From Candidatus Micrarchaeum sp. (lineage in GTDB: Archaea > Micrarchaeota > Micrarchaeia > Micrarchaeales > Micrarchaeaceae), in assembly GCF_016806735.1 (NCBI RefSeq), contig NZ_CP060530.1:930001-962000 (forward strand): 32,000 bases of DNA, in the 5' to 3' direction. Both the position numbers and the translations under genes were made by a program. Positions 18,013-24,534 of this stretch are shown piece by piece. How positions within the stretch are numbered: position 1 is the stretch's first letter; the number at the start of each line of letters is the position of its first letter. The notes beneath the pieces are model-generated. The model had not been told where the DNA came from. It searched no databases and was given only the letters and a program-made list of their open reading frames with translations.

Positions 18013-18726
18013 GTTGGTATAATAATCTGCGGGGGCGACGAAGCTGGTCGCGGTGCCCTCGTCGGGCCCCTTGTCATATCCATAGTAGCAATAACAAAGG
18101 GATATGAGCATAGGCTATCCCGCATAGGGGTCCGCGACTCGAAGCTCCTTTCTCCCAAGCACAGATATGAGCTTTTCAATTCTATAACCAAAATAGCTGC
18201 AGAGGTAAAGACCGGCATCATCAGTCCGGCAGAAATAAACGAGGCCATGCAGAAGGGCATATCCCTCAACGAACTTGAAGCCGTGCATTTCGCAAGGCTT
18301 TTCGATTCCATGGGCTCGGACATAAAATCTTTTTACATAGACTCTCCCGATGTAATAGCGGAGAGGTTCGGAGTAAGGCTTAAGATGCTTTCATCCAAGC
18401 GCACGCGTGTTGTAGGGATAAAGTCCAGCAGGGAGGAGCTAAAGGACAAGCCCATAAAGCTCGTTGCCGAGCACAAGGCCGACGTGAGATATCCAGTAGT
18501 GTCAGCGGCCAGCATAATAGCCAAGGTCACGAGGGACGAAGAGATAAGGAAGCTTGAAAAGAAGCTGAAGATAAAGATAGGCTCCGGATATCCTTCGGAT
18601 TTCACAACCATAGACGCAGTGAGGAGACACCTCAGTACTGGCAAGTTTGACGGCAATCTGAGGCTGCACTGGAAGACAATGGAAAACATAAAGCAGACAA
18701 AGATAACTAATTTTTTCAGCAACTAA
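18013..18726 (+). CDS. rnhB: ribonuclease HII; start codon unresolved
   Basis: Reading upstream of the track start (ATG 18247) in the same frame gives GIIICGGDEAGRGALVGPLV...RDSKLLSP, the RNase HII catalytic N-terminus. Downstream motifs are HKADVRYPVVSAASIIAKVTRD and GSGYPSD. The frame opens at 17989 and has no ATG/GTG/TTG before the DEAGRG motif. See findings. Confidence 0.85.
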   Translation, partial: VGIIICGGDEAGRGALVGPLVISIVAITKGYEHRLSRIGVRDSKLLSPKHRYELFNSITKIAAEVKTGIISPAEINEAMQKGISLNELEAVHFARLFDSMGSDIKSFYIDSPDVIAERFGVRLKMLSSKRTRVVGIKSSREELKDKPIKLVAEHKADVRYPVVSAASIIAKVTRDEEIRKLEKKLKIKIGSGYPSDFTTIDAVRRHLSTGKFDGNLRLHWKTMENIKQTKITNFFSN

Positions 18727-18863
18727 GCCATTGATAAGGAAGCTTGTGAATAACTTCGTTTATTCAGACAGCACAGATGATGCATTGGGCTTCGCCTAAA
18801 TGGGATATAGGTTCAAAGTTGCGCATGCTATGGGCAATCGTTAGAGCCATTCCCAATGCAACA

Positions 18864-19679
18864 TCATATGCCTGCAGAGGGCCCCATGCGATAATTGCGC
18901 TTGCGAAGTAGCAGTATTACAAGTATTATTATTGCTGCTGTTTCTGCGGCTATTAATGCGTACAGCGTTGATTCGTTGTTCTGCTGGACCGTAACTGGTT
19001 TTGGAGGTATAGTCGTCGGAACAGTAGTTGAAGGTATTGTAGTATGTGATGAATTCTGCGGTATTGTGGTAGGGATTATGGAAGTGGTAAGCGATGTGCT
19101 TGGGATTCCCTTATTTTTTATTACTAGAACCTGCAACGTAGCATTCGTCAAGTTTGTGTATATGTAGCTCGAATTATAGGTAAGCCATTTTTGAGGTTTT
19201 ACGTAGCTTCCCCCATAGTAATTTAAGTTTTGTAGCACGCCACCGGACCACGACCATGTAGAAAGAGTTATTGCTTGGCCACCGGTTATCAGTTTTATAG
19301 GCTGGTAAGAACCTGAAGAACTGACAAACTTTACAGAACTTCCTGTGCTCCCATCAACTGCTATAGCTATTGCATCGCTTATGCCACTAATGGTTGAATT
19401 GCCTGGAGGCACATTGACATTGAAAGGAGTGAGCAGGATCAGTGAAAGATTATATGAAGAGTATGTTTTATTGTTAATGACCGCGTATGTGCCTGGACTT
19501 ACAACAAGGCGCGTAGAGGAGATGCCAACCGAACCACCTATGGCACCGTTTATTGTGGTATAGTTGCCTAAAGAGAAAGTAAAGTATGGCTTGCTTATTG
19601 ATGCGAACGACAACTGCGAAGCGTGTGCCATTGCAAAAACCATAAGGAAAACCAAGACCGCGTATATTGTTATATTCAT
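18864..19679 (-). CDS. secreted, C-terminally membrane-anchored putative surface glycoprotein
   Basis: Sec-type signal MNITIYAVLVFLMVFAMAHA/SQ, many N-x-S/T sequons, a Thr/Pro stalk (TTSIIPTTIPQNSSHTTIPSTTVPTTIPPKP), then TM AAIIILVILLL plus RKRN. Lies 18 nt downstream of pilin-like gene copy 1. Confidence 0.6.
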   Translation of the reverse strand: MNITIYAVLVFLMVFAMAHASQLSFASISKPYFTFSLGNYTTINGAIGGSVGISSTRLVVSPGTYAVINNKTYSSYNLSLILLTPFNVNVPPGNSTISGISDAIAIAVDGSTGSSVKFVSSSGSYQPIKLITGGQAITLSTWSWSGGVLQNLNYYGGSYVKPQKWLTYNSSYIYTNLTNATLQVLVIKNKGIPSTSLTTSIIPTTIPQNSSHTTIPSTTVPTTIPPKPVTVQQNNESTLYALIAAETAAIIILVILLLRKRNYRMGPSAGI

Positions 19680-19697
19680 GCAATCACTTAATACAAA

Positions 19698-21767
19698 CTA
19701 ATTTATCTCGTTTATTCCAGGCCCACATGAACCGCCGCCACCGCCAGTCCCTATATGCATATGATACCAGCCGCCACTCATCGACTGTCTGGTATCCAGA
19801 CCAGGACACCAATTTGTATTGGCCGTAGAGTATGAATTTGGACCATCGACATATATGCCACCATATCCTGAATTGCCTCCGCCCGAGCTTATATTCATTG
19901 TTCCTCCGGGCCAGTAACAGAAGCCATAGTTGTTTGAATGGTCGTTATATGCTTGAACAGTACATTCAGGGGGTCCAGAAGTTATCTGTGCTGCAGCGTA
20001 TACAAAGGCAGCAATCGATATTCCACCTGAGCTTGAAGAGGTTGCAGAGACTGTATATGAACCAGAATTTTGGTTGCATATGGCTGCATAGCCTGTTTCG
20101 TAACTGTCATTGCCATGCGTATATTCTATCTGGCTGCAACCAGATGGAAGAGACACACTGCTGCATTGAAACCAACCGCAACCAACCATTATTACAACTG
20201 CGGATGGAGAAGTGGAAACGGAATATGATAGCGAATGCGAACCTGAATCTCCTGTCGTCGACGAAGAGAAAGTTGAATAGCCAGGGCCGCCTTTAACGCC
20301 GAATATGGCCACAGCCAAATCAGGGCTGCCAGTTGTTATAGTGCATACGCCAGAAGTTGTAACGCCAACATCTGCATAATTGCTATTAGATTCAGTAACG
20401 CTTGACCATGATATCCCGATTCCTCCGTTTCCTGCCCCGCCAGCGCAGAAATATGTGCTGTAACCTGACATTGTTGCATTGGCTTCTCCGCCTATCGAAT
20501 CGCCAGTGTTGCCCTGTGAAGACATGTAGTATATGGTGCTTGTTGTGGTGGATGTAGTGGTCGAGGTTGTAGTGGATGTTGTTGTTGATGTGGATGTAGT
20601 GGTCGAGGTAGAGGTTGTGGTTGATGTAGAGGTCGTAGTTGATGTTGATGTAGTAGAGGTTGAGGTTGAGGTTGTGGATGTTGTCGTGGATGTTGAGGTT
20701 GTCGATGTGGAAGTGGTTGTTGATGTTGAGGTTGTGGTTGAGGTGGATGTTGTTGAGGTAGAAGTCGAGGTAGTGCTTGTACTTGTGGATGTAGTAGAGG
20801 TTGAAGTTGTAGTGGAAGTTGAAGTAGTTGTTGATGTTGATGTAGTAGAGGTTGAGGTTGAGGTTGTGGATGTTGTGGTTGAGGTGGATGTAGTAGTGGA
20901 AGTCGTAGTTGATGTTGAAGTTGTCGAGGTGCTTGTGCTCGTATATATTGTGCTTGTTGTAGCAGAAACCTTGAAGTTTGCAGTTATAGAAACGTTGGAA
21001 CGCAACGTAAGTGTCGTGGGTTCGGCAGCAAGCGTACTTAGACTGGATGCGCCGGAACTTATAGCCCAGGAACCGAATGCGTAGCCTGCAGGGGACACTG
21101 CATACAGAGTATAGGTCCCGGAAGCCAATGGCACTGTTATATTGTTGTGGTATATGACCCCATTTATCACTATTTCTCCACTGGTTGGACTTGTATAAAG
21201 AGTAACATTATAGAAAGGGACGTATGCAGGACTCATTGATTGTGTAGACGCACCTGCAGTTACATATGGTCCTGTGCATACGCCTGATTTGCATGTATAA
21301 TAATGAAGGTCGAAAGTGGCCGTTGTAGTACTGCCGAGCGGCGGCTCCACGCTCCCAGGTATGGAAACAGCACATATTACCCTAGTACCTGAACTAACAT
21401 TTCTGGGCAGACATGTCCCGTTATAGACGTTCGTGCCGGTACTTCCAATATTGGTAAGAGTTACGCTTATGGCGTTTGCGGGAAGGTGCATGCCTACTCC
21501 CAGACTGTCAAGGAAAACTACTGTGTATTTTATTGGTATGCTGTGCGCAGTATTTACACTGGTCAGCGTGCTCTGAACGCAGGGAAGAAGAGGCTCTATG
21601 TTGCATACTGGTGGAAGATAACTGATCGGGGCCTTTGGGCCTGAAATCACGAATATGAAGGCAACGAATATGGCGATTATGAGAAGCGCCCAAGCGTATA
21701 CGCTAAGCATTTCTATTGCAGATTGTGCATTATCCCTAATAAATAGGTGCCTAAGCTGCTCTTTCAT
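19698..21767 (-). CDS. large surface protein, copy 1: type IV pilin-like (class III) signal, shared N-module, Thr/Ser stalk, Cys/Gly-rich C-terminal domain of unknown type
   Basis: N-terminus MKEQLRHLFIRDNAQSAIEMLSVYAWALLIIAIFVAFIFVI resembles archaeal prepilin signals (xAQSAIEyLxxYxWALLII). The N-module ends with the InlB B-repeat-like YTLYAVSPAGYAFGSWAISS...ITANF. About 135 aa of T/S repeats follow, and I cannot assign the final ~275 aa. Confidence 0.7.
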   Translation of the reverse strand: MKEQLRHLFIRDNAQSAIEMLSVYAWALLIIAIFVAFIFVISGPKAPISYLPPVCNIEPLLPCVQSTLTSVNTAHSIPIKYTVVFLDSLGVGMHLPANAISVTLTNIGSTGTNVYNGTCLPRNVSSGTRVICAVSIPGSVEPPLGSTTTATFDLHYYTCKSGVCTGPYVTAGASTQSMSPAYVPFYNVTLYTSPTSGEIVINGVIYHNNITVPLASGTYTLYAVSPAGYAFGSWAISSGASSLSTLAAEPTTLTLRSNVSITANFKVSATTSTIYTSTSTSTTSTSTTTSTTTSTSTTTSTTSTSTSTTSTSTTTSTSTTTSTSTTSTSTSTTSTSTSTTSTSTTTSTSTTTSTSTTSTSTTTSTTSTSTSTTSTSTTTSTSTTTSTSTTTSTSTTTSTTTSTTTSTTTSTIYYMSSQGNTGDSIGGEANATMSGYSTYFCAGGAGNGGIGISWSSVTESNSNYADVGVTTSGVCTITTGSPDLAVAIFGVKGGPGYSTFSSSTTGDSGSHSLSYSVSTSPSAVVIMVGCGWFQCSSVSLPSGCSQIEYTHGNDSYETGYAAICNQNSGSYTVSATSSSSGGISIAAFVYAAAQITSGPPECTVQAYNDHSNNYGFCYWPGGTMNISSGGGNSGYGGIYVDGPNSYSTANTNWCPGLDTRQSMSGGWYHMHIGTGGGGGSCGPGINEIN
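20533..20931 (-). repeat. imperfect tandem coding repeats (Thr/Ser stalk of copy 1)
   Basis: ACN/TCN codon arrays encoding TSTSTTTSTSTTT. A 47-nt string (gttgatgttgatgtagtagaggttgaggttgaggttgtggatgttgt) recurs at 20638 and 20830, a 192-nt offset, which indicates a higher-order unit. Confidence 0.85.
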
Positions 21768-21796
21768 AGTTTAGATTGATGTAGTAGCATTTAAAT
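20932..21796 (-). repeat. direct repeat copy A (~865 bp: promoter plus 5' module of the pilin-like genes)
   Basis: Hand alignment to 26410..27273 shows identity except a 7-mismatch patch (21006-21018), 3 mismatches near the start codon, 2 mismatches just upstream of it, and one 1-nt indel in a G-run (21628-21631). Confidence 0.9.
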
Positions 21797-21797
21797 A
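21789..21797 (-). promoter_or_regulatory. TATA-like box for pilin-like gene copy 1
   Basis: The minus strand reads TATTTAAAT about 26 nt upstream of ATG 21767. It is conserved in copy 2. Confidence 0.4.
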
Positions 21798-21960
21798 GTT
21801 TTTAATTCGCATATGCGGTGCAGGTTTAGGCACATGATCTAAAGCAATTGGGTCGGCAAGTATAACACCTTTTTAAACCATGTTAATTAAGCCAGAGACA
21901 GAACGCGGATTATCTTTCTTTAAGGCAGAAGAACGTAGAGTTTCCTTGGCAACTAAGCTA

Positions 21961-21966
21961 TTTATA
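21961..21966 (+). promoter_or_regulatory. TATA-like box for tRNA-Arg
   Basis: TTTATA centred about 27 nt upstream of tRNA position 1 (21990). Confidence 0.4.
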
Positions 21967-21989
21967 GGAAAGCTCGCAAATAACTCTGT

Positions 21990-22093
21990 GGATCTGTAGC
22001 GTAGTTTGGATAGCGCACCCGGCTTCGGACCGGGCGGTCGCGGGTTCAAAATGACGTATGCAAGGCATACCCATGGAAATCCCGCCAGATCCG
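21990..22093 (+). tRNA. tRNA-Arg (anticodon TCG) with a 29-nt intron inside the T-loop
   Basis: Hand-folded. Acceptor GGATCTG/CAGATCC is 7 perfect bp. D arm is GCGT/GCGC. Anticodon arm is CCCGG-CTTCGGA-CCGGG. Variable region is CGGTC. T stem is GCGGG (22040-44) / CCCGC (22081-85), but 36 nt lie between the T-stem strands instead of 7. Removing 29 nt restores TTCAAAT. Discriminator is G and no CCA is encoded. Confidence 0.85.
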
Positions 22094-22138
22094 CTATATA
22101 AAGCAAAATACCAAGGCTAAGGATTAAACTTATAGCAA

Positions 22139-22876
22139 ATGGCGTGGTGCATGAATTTGAATTACAAAAATGTTTGCGCTGCCATTTTAATAGTTGTTGC
22201 AATCGGAATGGCGGCTTATGCAGCTTATAGCATACCTACTGAAGCGCCCAATCTCGGCGGCACCCAATATTACGGATTGTGTAGCAGGGGCTCGGCTCTA
22301 TTCGGGATAAGGAATCAGTCAGCTTATATTGGATATAACAATTCCGAAAACCAATTTGAGGAAAACGGCTCCTTAAACTCTATTTCGTGCTACTACAGTA
22401 TTGGCATTATGTATCCTGTATTCAACGGTACTTCCGAAGCCAATATTGCAAGCAACTTAACAGTCCCAGAAAGTTATGCGCATTATGCATACCCCACCGG
22501 GATCAACATAAATGTCATAGAGTTCAGGAATAGCAGTTATGTTTCCGGATTCGCAAAAAAATTTTACGCCAAAAGTGAAAAGTCAATACGCTATGACAGC
22601 AACGGCACGGCTTCGGAAAACGGCACAATCAATATAACCTTCGAATCTCGATATGATAGCGTATATGGCGTAAATGCTTCGGAAATACGCTTCGTGCCGA
22701 TATACAGAAATTACGAAGAATACCAGCTAGCCTTCAAAAAAGGGAACTATTTTGTAATAATAAACACTTATGGGATAAATGGCTCTTATGACACCGAATA
22801 CGCAAAAGACATTATGCTGAACGACTATCTGCGCATATGCGGCACTAGCTATAATAAGAGTTTATTTTGTTTATGA
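22139..22876 (+). CDS. type II membrane-anchored extracellular protein (island paralog family, member 1)
   Basis: N-terminal TM VCAAILIVVAIGMAAYAAY followed by an N-x-S/T-rich ectodomain. Shares the C-terminal motif YEEYQLAFKKGNYFVIINTYG with the next two genes. Alternative start at ATG 22151. Confidence 0.55.
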   Translation: MAWCMNLNYKNVCAAILIVVAIGMAAYAAYSIPTEAPNLGGTQYYGLCSRGSALFGIRNQSAYIGYNNSENQFEENGSLNSISCYYSIGIMYPVFNGTSEANIASNLTVPESYAHYAYPTGININVIEFRNSSYVSGFAKKFYAKSEKSIRYDSNGTASENGTINITFESRYDSVYGVNASEIRFVPIYRNYEEYQLAFKKGNYFVIINTYGINGSYDTEYAKDIMLNDYLRICGTSYNKSLFCL

Positions 22877-23537
22877 TTAGTTCCGCTAAGCTTAGGGAAT
22901 CGTTCCCGTATTCTGAGGAAGGAACATACGAATTTATTATAACGCTGCCAGTTACGTTCATATACTTGAATAGCGTAGTATACTGGTAGTCCGGCATATA
23001 ATACGGAAGGGTAAGATTTACCAGGCTTGGACTAACATTGAACAATGCTACGGACTTCACAAGATATAATTTTACCGCATTTCCGGAAAACGTATAGTTG
23101 ATTATTTTCCTGCCTTTGTAAGTATATCCGGTTATTGACTGGTTTTGGTTATTGCTGTATAGCATTGAGCTGAAGGCCTGCTGCGCGGTGCTGTTGTTGC
23201 TCATGAGGTATAATGCCGATGTTATAACCCCGGGATATTCGGTTTTCAGGCTTGCATTAGTCAGATTGAAAAGGGATACGGAAGCCTCCAGATACCCTGC
23301 TGATCGCAATGATGCCGGCATTGCAGTAATCCGGTTAACAATCACGGGAGTGTATAATGAAGAATTTACCACGTAATTCATATCTGATGGAACAAGGTTC
23401 AAATAGGCAAACCCATGTTTTGCAGTAGCAGGGGAATGATACGCCAATACCAAGCCTAAGACAGCAAGCATAGCTATTATAAAGATAAGAGTGATAATTG
23501 GCGCTTTTCCATTCTCTTGTGCATGCATAACCTTCAC
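22845..23537 (-). CDS. type II membrane-anchored extracellular protein (island paralog family, member 2)
   Basis: N-terminal TM IITLIFIIAMLAVLGLVLAY, a sequon-rich ectodomain, and C-terminal motif YQYTTLFKYMNVTGSVIINSYV. 10 nt downstream of member 3. Confidence 0.55.
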   Translation of the reverse strand: MKVMHAQENGKAPIITLIFIIAMLAVLGLVLAYHSPATAKHGFAYLNLVPSDMNYVVNSSLYTPVIVNRITAMPASLRSAGYLEASVSLFNLTNASLKTEYPGVITSALYLMSNNSTAQQAFSSMLYSNNQNQSITGYTYKGRKIINYTFSGNAVKLYLVKSVALFNVSPSLVNLTLPYYMPDYQYTTLFKYMNVTGSVIINSYVPSSEYGNDSLSLAELIINKINSYYS

Positions 23538-23547
23538 TTTTGAAGCT

Positions 23548-24534
23548 TTATTTAAGCTGGCCGTAGTTGGATTTTAGTTTTAGATACAATTTGTATGCCA
23601 AATTGTTTACATAAGATTCATTCACCTTTCCCGCAGGGAAATACGCGTCCAGAATTATTATATAATTTTTATAAGGCGGAACGGAGACCTGGTACATGTC
23701 GTAATTTTTGAACACCTTTCCGTACAGTCCAGATGATATAACCATGCCGTTCAGCGTGGAGCTGCCGTTCAAGCTGGCGGCTGAGCCAATGATTGTAGTA
23801 TTATAATACGATTCATTTTTTATGGTTGAATTTACGTTATTGGCGTTTGTTGAATTGTATATTAGCGTACCGTTCTTGTTGAAGTAGAAATAACCAGTTC
23901 CGTTGACAGGATAGTAATAGAGAGCATATGTATAATTTGCAGTTCTGGAATCGCTGAGTTCCATAATATCAACCTTTATTGCAGTAGGATATATGCCGTT
24001 CTCAGTCAAATTATCCAGTGGAACATATAGAACCTGGTTCGGAAACGAATTGTAGGACATCACGTTGTACAAAGCACCTGCAGCATAAAATCTCCTATAA
24101 ATGTAGTAACTTACATTTTTGTATGAATCCGAATATGTTTCTATCGAAGTATTGTAATCGGATGCGAAAGGTATGTTACCTAAGATATTTGTAGAATTCA
24201 ATATCCTTCCAAAAATAATTTCATCAGTAATATTAGTCTGGTTAGGAATTATCGTTGTAGTGACTGACGGAACAATCGAGGAAGTCGTTTTTGGTATCGT
24301 CGTGATTATTGTAGTTGTTGCTATTGGGGCTACACCTACATGAAAGTACGAATATGCGATTATTCCAAGAACTGCGATTATTGCTATTACTGAAATTATA
24401 TATTTCAAAAAGTGCTTTCCAGTAAGTGGTTTTGATTCGGGAATAGAGGGAGACACATACTCCTGTCCAGAAAGGTTATTTTCTACAATCGGTTGTTCAG
24501 TAACAGGATTATTTGCATCAATACTGTCGCTCAT
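23548..24534 (-). CDS. type II membrane-anchored extracellular protein (island paralog family, member 3)
   Basis: ~45-aa cytoplasmic N-terminus, TM IISVIAIIAVLGIIAYSYF, a Thr/Ile stalk, an Asn/Tyr-rich ectodomain with over 12 sequons, and C-terminal motif YDMYQVSVPPYKNYIIILDAYF. Its ATG overlaps the stop of copy 2 (ATGA). Confidence 0.6.
   Translation of the reverse strand: MSDSIDANNPVTEQPIVENNLSGQEYVSPSIPESKPLTGKHFLKYIISVIAIIAVLGIIAYSYFHVGVAPIATTTIITTIPKTTSSIVPSVTTTIIPNQTNITDEIIFGRILNSTNILGNIPFASDYNTSIETYSDSYKNVSYYIYRRFYAAGALYNVMSYNSFPNQVLYVPLDNLTENGIYPTAIKVDIMELSDSRTANYTYALYYYPVNGTGYFYFNKNGTLIYNSTNANNVNSTIKNESYYNTTIIGSAASLNGSSTLNGMVISSGLYGKVFKNYDMYQVSVPPYKNYIIILDAYFPAGKVNESYVNNLAYKLYLKLKSNYGQLK

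Noticed and set aside
18727-18863. A possible C/D-box sRNA was considered because ATGATG-like boxes occur on both strands.
   Set aside because: No properly spaced CTGA D box is present. The spacing is about 90 nt instead of 50-60, and there is no terminal stem. The ATGATG strings are better explained as arms of the inverted repeat.
20533-20931. The repetitive DNA could be mistaken for a CRISPR array or a non-coding satellite.
   Set aside because: There is no alternation of constant repeats with unique spacers. The repeats are in-frame codon arrays within long ORFs, and no cas genes are present in the window.
21006-21018. The clustered mismatch patch between the two gene copies might be a diversity-generating retroelement (DGR) target.
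   Set aside because: The substitutions are not restricted to adenine positions, 6 of the 7 are synonymous, and no reverse transcriptase or template repeat is visible in the window.
20533-21084. Long plus-strand ORFs rich in V/E/D (20533-21084, 26053-26562, 25321-25563) lie opposite the T/S stalks.
   Set aside because: They are the mirror image of ACN/TCN codon arrays (GTN/GAN on the opposite strand). They have no start context and lie fully inside well-supported minus-strand genes.
21990-22093. tRNA-Arg might be an integration (att) site, with the island as an integrated mobile element.
   Set aside because: I found no integrase, transposase or plasmid/virus genes. I found no direct repeat of the tRNA 3' half. 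The only echo is an 8-mer GGTTCAAA at 18810-18817, which is expected by chance.
21873-22202. A 109-aa minus-strand ORF covers tRNA-Arg.
   Set aside because: It overlaps a perfectly folding tRNA and its promoter as well as the start of the plus-strand membrane-protein gene. It has no recognisable features.
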